Shown piece after piece: positions 11,313 through 21,262 of a DNA stretch of 64,000 nucleotides (positions are counted from its first letter, which is position 1; each line of letters opens with the position of its first letter). Source of the stretch: an uncultured Acidobacteriaceae bacterium (GTDB lineage: Bacteria; Acidobacteriota; Terriglobia; Terriglobales; Acidobacteriaceae); assembly GCA_963832995.1 (NCBI GenBank), contig CAWHVZ010000004.1:222851-286850 (forward strand), read 5' to 3'. The translations under genes and the position numbers were made by a program. Under the pieces are notes generated by a model that did no database searches, was not told where the DNA came from, and saw only the letters and a program-made list of their open reading frames with translations.

Positions 11313-11474
11313 GTCGGAGGTTTCGAGGACGTTTTCGGGGGCGATGGGCTGCCAGAAGCTTGGCCAGCCGGTGCCTGAGTCGAACTTGGTGTTGGAACTG
11401 AAGAGAACGGTGTCGCAACAGATGCAACGGAAGATGCCGTGGCCGTGCTCTTCGAGGGAGTCGCCGACTGCGAA
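11313..11474 (-). pseudogene. msrB: msrB N-proximal half, 5' truncated
   Basis: [42 protein letters not shown]; in-frame TGA upstream and no start codon. Confidence 0.9.
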
Positions 11475-11520
11475 TCACGATTGGTCCTGATTAACGCGCT
11501 TGCGATCGCCAGACACGGGC

Positions 11521-12767
11521 CTAACGGCTGCGACGGCGGTGGGTGGGTTTGGCTGCGGGTTTGGGTAGTGGGGGTGGGAGCGGCGGCAGGCCAGCTATGG
11601 CGAGGAGAAGCTTGTTTGCGGCGTTGAAGAGGTTGAGGTGGGTGTCGACCGGGCCGTCGGTGGCGGCGAGGAAGATGGCAGTGCGGCGAGCGTGGTTGAT
11701 GGCGATGTAGGTTTAGAAGCCGGCGCCGCCTCCGGTCTTTTCGATGATGTGCGAGGGGGAGTCGAGGGGCAGGATGTGGATCCAGCCCAGGCCGACGCCG
11801 GTGGGCTGGCCGGCGTGGTCGAGCCCTTTCTGGCTGACGAGCTTCGACGGGAAGGATGTAGACGGCCTGCGCGGCGGGTCTTCGTGGCGGGCAGGCTGGT
11901 GGATGGCCGGTTCTGGAGCAGGTACTTGAGCCAGATGGCCATGTCGGTTGCGGTGGAATAGAGGCCGGAGCTTCCGGCGGTATGCTCGGTGAAGGTGCAG
12001 GGGCCCTTGGTCGTTGTCGCTGATGAGCAGATGGCTGCACTGCTCGGCGGTGGGGAAGAAGGTGGTGTTGTGCATGTGGAGCGGGTTGAGGGTGCGCTCG
12101 GCAAGGAGGGCGGCGTACTGCTTGTGGGTGGCGGACTGGAGAGCGTCGCTGAGGAAGTCGAAGGCAATGTTCGAGTAAAGGGCGGCGGTGCCGGGAGTGC
12201 TGCGGAGACGCTGGTTGGGTAGCCAGTGCCAGCGGGTGCGGTAGTCGGGGTAGGTGAAGTGCGGCGTGTCGCGAGGGGCGGCGCCGAGTTCGCGGGGGAG
12301 GCCGGAGGTGTGCGTGGCGAGATCTTCGAGCGTGATGGGCTGGATGCGTTTGGGTACACAGCCTGCGGGGTGGAGCGAAGCGCTGGAGCGGATCGTCGAG
12401 GCGGACGGTTTTGTCGGCGACGAGTTTGGTGAGGACGTCGGTGGTGAAAGATTTTGGTGAGCGAGCAGAGGCGCAGCAGGGAGTCCTGGGTGGGGAGCTG
12501 GTGCGAGCCGGGCGCGGTCTCGCCGTATCCGCGGAAGAAGACTTGGTTGTCGCGAACGACGACGAGCACCATGCCGGTGGAGCCGGATTGGAGGAAGAGA
12601 TCTTCGCCGAGGGAGCCGGCGGAGGCGAGGTCGGGGAACGACGGGGTGGGCAGGGTCTGAGCTGGGGTCTGCGCTGGGATCTGGGCTGGGGTCCGCGCGG
12701 GGGCGAGCTTGAGGATCAGGACGAATGAGAGGGCGAGCAGTGTGCGCAGAGGTTTGGCGTGGCGCAT
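11521..12767 (-). CDS. ampH: AmpH-like serine hydrolase / D-Ala-D-Ala peptidase (several frameshifts)
   Basis: CSLTK (SxxK), YSN and KTGG motifs across frames; signal peptide. Confidence 0.75.
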
Positions 12768-13060
12768 TTTTGTTTTCTGATCTCAGCGTACAAAATTGGG
12801 CGACCTGTTGAGGACAAAAATGCGGGGCGTTGGAGATGCGTCGCTAGATAGGTACTCGCCGAGGCGCTTGCGGCCGCATTCGCTGGCCCACATTTGGAGT
12901 GGATGACTGTAACTTCTGTCAGGCTGGTTGCATCGGGATCACGAATTGACGCTGGCAATCTGCTGCGGAAAGCTCGACAGAGGCCGCGCCGGCTTGACGC
13001 CCTTACACATATGTATAATTCCGACTCATCCGAACTGGACTGAACTCGAGAGGTACGAAG

Positions 13061-13606
13061 ATGAGCAGCCATAGCAGTCTGAGCAGCGCGGAACGGAGTC
13101 TTGCATCCGCGCGAGATGTATCAGAGCAGCCCACGGTGAAGGCCATTGTCCGGGCGGGCTTGATTGGCGGCCTGGTGGGTGGGGTGGTTATCTGGATCTA
13201 CGAGGCGCTGGTGTGGGTGGGGGCACAGCATTTGATGCCTCTGTCGGGCATTCCTCCGAATGCGACGGGCCTGGTGTTTGGGAAGCCTTTTCAGGTGGCG
13301 ATTGGCGATTGGGCGTATCTGCTTGGCACCTGCATCCACTTCTTTTTTGCGCTGGTGTGGGGCGTGCTGTTCGCTGCAATCTGGCCGTATTTTCGGCGGC
13401 GCGGGTATGAAGCGACGCTGGTAGCGCTCCCCTACGCAGCGCTGGCGTGGATTGCGATGCATGTGGCTATCTCGATTGCCTCGAACGACCACCCGAACTA
13501 CCATGACCCTGCGGTGATCATCGGCGGATTCATGTCTCACTTCTTCTTTGCGGTGCCAATGGCTTTGGTGGTGAAACGGCTGCTTGCTACGGGTTCCGGC
13601 GACTGA
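13061..13606 (+). CDS. Four-TM hypothetical membrane protein
   Basis: GAGG RBS; hydrophobic helices with intramembrane His; near-palindrome TTACACATATGTATAA over TATAAT upstream. Confidence 0.75.
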   Translation: MSSHSSLSSAERSLASARDVSEQPTVKAIVRAGLIGGLVGGVVIWIYEALVWVGAQHLMPLSGIPPNATGLVFGKPFQVAIGDWAYLLGTCIHFFFALVWGVLFAAIWPYFRRRGYEATLVALPYAALAWIAMHVAISIASNDHPNYHDPAVIIGGFMSHFFFAVPMALVVKRLLATGSGD

Positions 13607-13608
13607 GG

Positions 13609-14463
13609 TTATGTTTTTTTTTCGATGATGGCGTTGGGCTGGCTGGCGTACTCGGCCCAGGAGCCGTCGTAGAGGGCGGTTTGGGTTGCGCCGGCTAGTT
13701 CGAGACCGAGGGAGACTACGGCGGCGGTTACTCCGGAGCCGCAGGTGGCGGTGATGGGCTGGCGGAGGTCTACGTTTTTTTCCGCGAAGAGGGCTTGAAG
13801 CTGCTCGGGGGACTTCATGCGGCCTTCGGCGGTGAGGTCGAGGAAAGGGACGCTGGTGGCGCCGGGCATGTGGCCGGAGCTTAAACTGGGGCGGGGCTCG
13901 GGGGCGGCTCCGGTGAAACGGGCGTTGGAGCGGGCGTCGAGTATCTGGCCGTGGTGGGCGATGATTTGCCGGAGCTGGGTTAGGTCTTTGATGGCGGTGT
14001 CGAGGTGGCGTTGAAGGTGGCTGTCGGGCGAGTGGCTTGTACTGATTCGCGTGGCGGGCCGGATTCGATGGGGAGGGCGGCTTCGAGCCAGGCACGGAGG
14101 CCGCCGTCGAGGAGATAGACGTTGGGGGCGCCGAAGGTGCGGAGCATCCAGCGGGCGCGCGGGGCGGAGTAGACGCCCTCCTGCTCGTAGACAACGATGG
14201 TGGCGGTGTCGGAGACGCCGAGGGCGGACATGGCCGCGGAGAAGGCCTCGGGCGTGGGGAGCATGTGGGGTAGCGGGGTGGAGTGGTCGGAGAGAGCTGT
14301 CGATGTCGAAGAAGAGGGCGCCGGGGATGTGCTGGGCGACGTAGCGGGCGTGGGTGTCGACTGGCGGCGTTACGCCTACGGGCGGCATGGTGGCGTCGAA
14401 GACGACGGTGTCGGGGTGCTTGAGGCGGGCAGCTAGCCAGGCGGGGGAGACGAGAGGGTTCAT
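13609..14463 (-). CDS. sseA: 3-mercaptopyruvate sulfurtransferase (frameshifted)
   Basis: HIPGALFFD, GHMPGA, CGSGVTA, YDGSWAEY. Confidence 0.92.
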   Translation of the reverse strand: MNPLVSPAWLAARLKHPDTVVFDATMPPVGVTPPVDTHARYVAQHIPGALFFDIDSSLRPLHPATPHAPHARGLLRGHVRPRRLRHRHHRCLRAGGRLLRPARPLDAPHLRRPQRLSPRRRPPCLARSRPPHRIRPATRISTSHSPDSHLQRHLDTAIKDLTQLRQIIAHHGQILDARSNARFTGAAPEPRPSLSSGHMPGATSVPFLDLTAEGRMKSPEQLQALFAEKNVDLRQPITATCGSGVTAAVVSLGLELAGATQTALYDGSWAEYASQPNAIIEKKT

Positions 14464-14516
14464 GTGGATCAGATTACTCCGCGCGGGATTGATGACGCGG
14501 GTAGAAGAGAGCATAT

Positions 14517-14650
14517 CCCCGGGGCTAAAGCCCCACGAAAAGGCCCTGCAAACAAAGCGGGCTTCAGCCCCGGGCCATTGTTTGTTTCTTCGTCATTGTC
14601 CTGTCGTCATTTTCTTTGTCATTCCGCAGCGCAGCGGAGAAATCTGCTGT
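14517..14650. repeat. REP-like cluster (two families)
   Basis: CCCGGGGCTAAAGCCC...GGGCTTCAGCCCCGGG and TGTCATTCCGCAGCGCAGCGGAG. Confidence 0.75.
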
Positions 14651-14719
14651 TGCCTTTGTTTGTTTTCGCTTGTATTAACGCCGCCATTTCCAAGACCGAA
14701 TCCTGTACCATCAACTCGA

Positions 14720-16372
14720 ATGTCCTCCACGAAAAACAGGTTGTACTACGGCGACAACCTCCAGGTCCTGCGCGACTACATCCCCGACCAGTCCGTAGAC
14801 CTCATCTACCTAGACCCACCCTTCAACTCCCGCCAGGACTACAACGTCCTCTTTGCCGAAAAAGACGGCCACCGCTCCGCCGCCCAGATCACCGCCTTCA
14901 AAGACACCTGGGAGTGGAACGAAGAAGCCGCCCGCTCCTACGAAGAAGTCATCGAACAAGGCGGCCGCGTAGCCGACGCAATGCGCGCCTTCCGAACCCT
15001 CCTCGGCGGCTCCGACATGCTCGCCTACCTCGCCATGATGGCCCCACGCCTCGTCGAGCTACGCCGCGTCCTCAAAGAAACCGGCTCCATCTACCTCCAC
15101 TGCGACCCCACCGCCAGCCACTACCTCAAGATGCTGATGGACGGCAGTTTTCGGCCCGCAAAATTTCCGAAACGAAATCATTTGGAGACGAACGCAGCTC
15201 CAAAGGGACACGCCTGCACGAGATTCCCTGCGACGCACGACACAATTCTGTTTTTTCCCAAAGCGAGAGTTGCATTTGGAATCCGCAATTCGGACGACTA
15301 CGACGAGTCTTACCTAAAGAGCCATTACTCGCAAGATCGAAGAGGGAACGGCGCGACGATACACGACTTAGCGACGTCACCAATCCGAACGGAATCGCCC
15401 GAACCTTACGACTACGAGTGGATAAGCGCGTCACCGAATGGGTGTGGCAGTGGATCCAGGAACGAATGGCAGAAAGCGCACGACGAAGACAGGCATCGTC
15501 CATACGAAGTCCGGAGCGACCGCGATACAAGCGCTATCTAGATGAAATGGCAGGTCGACTCCTCACGACAATTCTGGGACGACATACCGCTCATCAACTC
15601 CCAAGCTCAAGAACGCCTCGGCTACCCCACCCAAAAACCCGAAGCCCTACTAGAACGCATCCTCAAAGCCTCCTCCAACGAAGGCGACGTAGTCCTCGAC
15701 CCCTTCTGCGGCTGCGGCACCACCGTGCAGGTCGCCCAGAAGCTCAATCGTCGCTGGATCGGCATCGACATCACCCACCTCGCCATCGGCCTCATCAAGA
15801 CCCGCCTCGACGACTCCTTCGGCCACGAAGTCCGCAAGACCTACGAAGTCATCGGCGAACCCACCGACGTAGCGGGAGCCGCCCAACTCGCCGAAGAGAA
15901 CAAATACCAGTTCCAATACTGGGCGCTCGGCCTCTGCGGAGCCCGCCCCACCGAAGGCATCAAAAAAGGCGCCGACCGCGGCATCGACGGCCGCCTCTTC
16001 TTCCACGACGACCGCTCCGGCGACTCCAAACAGATCATCTTCTCCGTCAAAGGCGGCCACAACATCGGCGTCTCCGAGGTCCGCGACCTCATCGGCGTCC
16101 TCCAGCGCGAGAAAGCCGACATCGGCGTCTACATCTCCTTCGAAGAACCCACCAAACCCATGCAGAAAGAAGCCGCCGAAGCCGGCTTCTACACCTCACA
16201 AGACGGCAGCCGCTACCCCCGCGTCCAACTCCTCACCATCAAAGACCTCCTCGAAGGCAACAAGAACGTCCAACGCCCCCTCCACGTCCGCGAAGTCACC
16301 TTCAAAAAAGCCCCCCGCTCCCGCCCCGAAGCCGCCCAAAACCTCTCACTCAACCTCTCAAACAACGAATGA
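14720..16372 (+). CDS. Beta-class amino-DNA methyltransferase fused to a C-terminal Mrr-like nuclease domain (frameshifts in the central region)
   Basis: YLDPPF precedes DPFCGCG; YPTQKPE; C-terminal DRGIDG...SVKGG. Confidence 0.85.
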
Positions 16373-16429
16373 AATCATCACGAACTAAGCGCCCCATCCT
16401 TTGCAGAAGAGGGCAGAAGGAGTCTTGCA

Positions 16430-16650
16430 GTGCAATATTCACCCCAATGGGATTTGAGCACCATCCCCGCGTCCGAATTGAACAGTGAGATTGGTCGCCG
16501 TCGTCGCGCCAAGGCTCCGTTGGTGACAAACGTCAACCTAAACCCCTGCGCTAAGTGCGGAAGCCACTGAATGCCACGCAACGCCGTAAGCCCTGCCCTA
16601 ATTGTGGCTATACTCATCCACGCAAACTAACCCAAACGGGTGCCCCATGA
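16430..16650 (+). CDS. Small zinc-ribbon protein (one frameshift near 16561)
   Basis: AAGGAG RBS, GTG start; CAKCG...CPNCG when one base is restored. Confidence 0.55.
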
Positions 16651-16765
16651 TCAACGCGCGCGCAGCAAGCATTTATCGTGGGTGTGTCACTCCACTGCTG
16701 CGCGAATGCCATTCATAACAACTCAATCGTCGTGGGCGGGGTCAGATGCTCAACGGGCACCCCAT
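16637..16765. repeat. REP-like CGGGTGCCCCAT family repeats
   Basis: CGGGTGCCCCAT at 16637 and inverted GGGCACCC near 16756. Confidence 0.6.
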
Positions 16766-16825
16766 TTAGCCGCATAGATCCCCATCCCGCCCTTATCCCG
16801 CATTCATCCCCGTTCCTGTTTTAGC

Positions 16826-17570
16826 CGGGTGCCCCATTCATCGCGCGGCATCTTGCGCGATGAGTGGTTTCCGCCCTGCCCCGAGCATCGTCGAGGGGCC
16901 GGAGTGAAGCCCTGAGCGAAGTCGAATGGGCGAAACGACTGAATTGTCTTCTTCGATGCGCCCAATACAATCCCATCCGCAAACGATGCTCTCAAGCTAA
17001 ACTGGCCACAGCGCATGCGCCCAATCGATCGCTACCTCAACGAACTAATCGACTACGGCGGCGAACCCTACACCCGCGCCGAAGTCATCCTCGACATGCA
17101 GCAACGCGGAATCGACCAACCCTGCATCGACCGCTGGCTCCAGGGCTATGAACACGCCCAACGTCGTCGCGAACGGCACGCCAACATCTCCACCCGAGTC
17201 GTCTTCAACACCCAACCCCAAGCCTGATAACTCCGCATCAGCGCACGGCGACGGTGGATTTTTCTCAGCAAAACCTCGTGTCAAGCCCCCAACACCCTTA
17301 AAATCCAAATAACCCGATACCCACCAATAACTTACGCTTCCAAAGAAAAGTGGCCATTAGTTATGTGCCACCCGCGATAATAGATTTAGAGATAAGAACA
17401 GCGAAGCCCCGGCCACCGCCGGGGCTTCTCACTTTTAACCCTAACTCCTTTATTAGCAATATTTTGACACTTAAGCCTTTTATTATGAATATTTTACAAG
17501 GAGACAAAAGCTGTAAGTTGCTTAGAATCATGAATATATCCGTGAAAATATCCAATGTGGGGGAGGGGTA
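16826..17570 (-). repeat. Dispersed modular element, copy B (encloses ORF 17015-17227)
   Basis: Same module order as copy A; identical 21-mer at 17350-17370 and 13-mer at 17280-17292. Confidence 0.8.
17015..17227 (+). CDS. Hypothetical 70-aa protein
   Basis: Clean ORF with host-like codons; TAAACT upstream. Confidence 0.65.
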   Translation: MRPIDRYLNELIDYGGEPYTRAEVILDMQQRGIDQPCIDRWLQGYEHAQRRRERHANISTRVVFNTQPQA

Positions 17571-17573
17571 CCC

Positions 17574-20500
17574 TCAGAACTCCACCCGCAGCCCAACCTG
17601 CACCTGCCGCTCCCGGCTCTCATCGGTCCCCGAAGCCGTGTAAGTCCCAAACGCCCGCGCGTTCAACCCCTCCGCCGCCACCGCAGCCGCATCCTGAAAC
17701 ACCAGCGGAGTCACGCCATTCACCGCCGTCCCCACCAGAAAAGCCCGCTGCGTCACCCCGGAGATATTCACCCGATTCCCCAGGTTGAAAGCCTCCGCAA
17801 ACCCGCGCACCACCACCCGGTCACTCACCCGAACCCCCCGGCTAACCCTCAAATCCACATTCACCGTCTCCGGCAGCCGCAGCGTATTCCGACCCACCGT
17901 CGGCAGATAAACCGCCCCGCCCGACCCGTTAATACTCTCCCGCCCACCACTCAAATAGCTCCCGCCAAAAATGTCATAGCTATAAGGCCGCCCGCTCACC
18001 GCCGTAAACAACGGGACCACCACCCAGCCATTAGCCGCCCGCCGCAGCCATCGCTGCTCCGTCACCACCCGCGGCTCCCAAACCGCACTCGCCACCACGC
18101 GATGCGAGCGCCCAAACGACGACAGCCCTTTGTCATACCTCACGTCGAACGGGTCGAACTGCCCATTCGTCCGCGGCGCCGCGCCGCCACTCTGCCCATA
18201 GTCGATAGCCTTCGCCCACGTCCAACCCACCCGCAACTCGAGCCCCTTACTGCTCCGTCGCCGAGCCTCCATCACCACCGCATGATAGGTCGCATTCACA
18301 TTGGACTCGATATCCGTCACCGGCCCATAAGCAGTACTCACCCGCTGCGTATAAACCGGCACCCGAAACGTATATCCATCCTGAACCCCCGGCACCCCAG
18401 TCCCGCCGCTCAACTGAAAAACCCCCATCGCTGGCGACGGAGCAATATTAATGTCCACCGAGTCAGGCAATTGCCGATCCAGGTTCATCAGATAAGTCGC
18501 GCTCGCCACAACCCCATGCCCCACTCCATGCTCCACCGCCAAACTCCCCTGCTGCACCGCCGGCAGCCGAAATCTCCGGTCAAAAACCATCGCCGAGGTC
18601 GTCACCGCCACCGCGCTCGGCGGAGCAGAGACATAGCTGCAAACATATCCAAACCCCTGTCCCGCCACCTGCGGACAATCTGTAACCGTAGTAGGAACAA
18701 TCCTCACATGCGTCGCCGAAACAGCCATCGCCGTATCCACCAGCGCACTCCGTATCGTAGCCCCGGCCAGCCGTCCAAAGTACTGCCCATATCCAACCCG
18801 CACCACACCACGCCCCGCACCCAGCGGCTCCCACGCCACCCCCACTCTCAATCCCAAATTATTCCGATCTTCAGGAAAAACACTAGTCGCCCCCCGAGCA
18901 CCAAACACCGCATCCAGCGCCGCATTAGGCTGCTGCGGAAAAGGCAGCAGCTCATACTCATAACGCAGCCCAACCTTCACACTCAACCCCTGCCGCACCC
19001 GCCATCCATCCTCCAAAAACCCCGCCCATTCCTGCGTATCGAACGCCACACTCTCCTGCCCAAAACTCTGCGTATACGACCGGAAGCAAAAATCATGCAC
19101 CGCCGCCACAATCGAAGGACACCCGCCATTCGGATAAGCGTGCACATTGAACGTATAGTCGGTAATCCAATCCACCAGCCCACCGTCCTTGCCCTTCGTC
19201 ACGCCGCTGTCGTAGTTGAACGTCCCGTCCACGTTACTCAGCGAGTCGATCTCATCTCGCACCGCACCGAACTCCCCACCAATCTGGATCAAATGCCGCC
19301 CTTGCACCAACGTAGCCAGCTCGCTCACCTCAAGCCGCCGCTCATCTGGATAAGCCTTCCGACCCAGCGAGGCCGGCGTCCCAAAGATCAACCCCTGCGG
19401 CCCAATCGAAACCTCCGGCGCAAACCCATCCGGCCCAATCGCCGGCTCCTGCGCCAGCGGAGTCTGCGCCGTCTCATACTGCAGGTCTCGCCCCACCTGC
19501 ATCCTCACCTCGTTACTCCCCCGCGCGCCCAACGCCCAGAGCCATCGTGCCACCACGGCATCCACGTTCACAAAGCTGTTCCCCATACTGGCCACGCCCC
19601 GATCCACCACCGCCCCAGCCCTTGCCCCACCCGGACCATCCATCCGAGCCCGGTTATACCCCACGCTCACCTTGTGCCTCTCCGCCGCCCGCCAGTCCAG
19701 CTTCACGAAGTTGATGCTCTCATCCTGCCGCCGAGCCATCGTCCCCGTCAGGCTGCTCAAATAGTTCAGCGCAGCATTCACCTTCGCAGCCGACACTCCC
19801 CGGTTCCCCAGCAACGCCGTCTGCGTAGACGTCAGCGCATAGAACCCCCCATACTGCGGCGACGACACCGCCGGATACCCCCGCCGCATAATATCCAGCG
19901 CATAGAAGTAATACAGCCTGTCCCGCCTCACCGCCCCACCCACGCTTCCACCAAACTGCTGCCGAAGATCCTGCGGCTTCACCAGCCCGCTCGTCACCAC
20001 GCCGTTGTTGTAGCTCGTTGCAATCGAAAAAGGATTCGTCGCCGACCACGCACTCGTCCGCGCCACATAAAACCCAGCCCCATGCACTTCATCAGTACCG
20101 CTCTTCGACACCGTATTGATCATCCCACCCGCCCCACGCCCATACACCGCCGAGTAGTTCTGCGCACTCACCCGAAACTCTCTTACAGCCTCCTGCGAGA
20201 ACGTCGACCCCGCCGCTCCAACCCGCCGTCCCGTTCCCTCCTCGAAAGCCCGCCCCCGACCCGCCGCGCTGCTGAATCCGCCTTCCAGCTCATCCTCCGT
20301 CGCCGGACCAGCGTTACCGCCTGCCCCACGTGGCACGGCATTAAAACTCATATCATCACTAACCCCATCCACCCCCGAGCTGTTCTCCGTCGCCGGCAGC
20401 CCTCGAAAACTCAGCAGCCCCTCGCCCGTCCCATCCTCATTCACATCCGGCGACACAAGCGCAATCGCCTCCCACCGCCCGCCATCCAGCGGCAGCCTCT

Positions 20501-21044
20501 CCATCTCTTTCGCGGGCGCGACACTCGCCAACTCCCCGGACGGCAACCCTCCTGCAGCGCTCTCGCCGCCAGCAGTCGCCACCGACGCTCTCCTCAACCG
20601 CGTCTCCACCTCCGCAACCTCACCCACCTCGACCTCCACCTGCTCCATCGCCACCCGCTCGAATCCCTTCGCCGCCACCGTCACCGCATAATCCCCCGGA
20701 GGAACCCGCGCCACTACAAACTCTCCCCCACGCTCAGTCGTCGTCTGCAGTTTCACCCCGGCAGCCCGGTCCTCGACCTGCACCGAAGCCCCGGCAACCC
20801 CCAAGCCATGCGCATCAACCACGCTGCCGCGAATCGCCCCATCCACCGCTGTCTGCGCCCACGCATCTCCGCCCGCGCCAGCGCTCATCACCGCCGCCAT
20901 CAACCCCGGCAGCACCGCCCTCGAAACTCGTCTCGAAATGCTCGCAAAGCACACCCTGCAAGCACACCGGACCACACCCAATTCTCCACGCAACGCAAGC
21001 TCCGCGAAAAGGCGATACCAGAGAACGCAAAATTTAACCAACAC
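17574..21044 (-). CDS. Oar-type TonB-dependent receptor
   Basis: Carboxypeptidase-regulatory-like N-domain, AVREFRV...YSAVYG..GG..NTVSKSG plug, C-terminal Phe; start uncertain. Confidence 0.88.
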   Translation of the reverse strand: MLVKFCVLWYRLFAELALRGELGVVRCACRVCFASISRRVSRAVLPGLMAAVMSAGAGGDAWAQTAVDGAIRGSVVDAHGLGVAGASVQVEDRAAGVKLQTTTERGGEFVVARVPPGDYAVTVAAKGFERVAMEQVEVEVGEVAEVETRLRRASVATAGGESAAGGLPSGELASVAPAKEMERLPLDGGRWEAIALVSPDVNEDGTGEGLLSFRGLPATENSSGVDGVSDDMSFNAVPRGAGGNAGPATEDELEGGFSSAAGRGRAFEEGTGRRVGAAGSTFSQEAVREFRVSAQNYSAVYGRGAGGMINTVSKSGTDEVHGAGFYVARTSAWSATNPFSIATSYNNGVVTSGLVKPQDLRQQFGGSVGGAVRRDRLYYFYALDIMRRGYPAVSSPQYGGFYALTSTQTALLGNRGVSAAKVNAALNYLSSLTGTMARRQDESINFVKLDWRAAERHKVSVGYNRARMDGPGGARAGAVVDRGVASMGNSFVNVDAVVARWLWALGARGSNEVRMQVGRDLQYETAQTPLAQEPAIGPDGFAPEVSIGPQGLIFGTPASLGRKAYPDERRLEVSELATLVQGRHLIQIGGEFGAVRDEIDSLSNVDGTFNYDSGVTKGKDGGLVDWITDYTFNVHAYPNGGCPSIVAAVHDFCFRSYTQSFGQESVAFDTQEWAGFLEDGWRVRQGLSVKVGLRYEYELLPFPQQPNAALDAVFGARGATSVFPEDRNNLGLRVGVAWEPLGAGRGVVRVGYGQYFGRLAGATIRSALVDTAMAVSATHVRIVPTTVTDCPQVAGQGFGYVCSYVSAPPSAVAVTTSAMVFDRRFRLPAVQQGSLAVEHGVGHGVVASATYLMNLDRQLPDSVDINIAPSPAMGVFQLSGGTGVPGVQDGYTFRVPVYTQRVSTAYGPVTDIESNVNATYHAVVMEARRRSSKGLELRVGWTWAKAIDYGQSGGAAPRTNGQFDPFDVRYDKGLSSFGRSHRVVASAVWEPRVVTEQRWLRRAANGWVVVPLFTAVSGRPYSYDIFGGSYLSGGRESINGSGGAVYLPTVGRNTLRLPETVNVDLRVSRGVRVSDRVVVRGFAEAFNLGNRVNISGVTQRAFLVGTAVNGVTPLVFQDAAAVAAEGLNARAFGTYTASGTDESRERQVQVGLRVEF

Positions 21045-21262
21045 TCATCGGCCAGCGCATCGACAGCCCACCCGCGCCACCCTCAATTGATCGAAGCCTC
21101 GAGCACACGCCGCCGCACTTCAATCACTTGTCTGAGCAGCCCAAGACTATCAAAGATTCACGACAAATTTCCCAAATTGGAACGAACCTCTCAACAAAGC
21201 ATCTTTCACCCAAAAGAAAGGGCGGCAGCCGAAACCGCCGCCCACTGTAAAGAAACCGGCTA

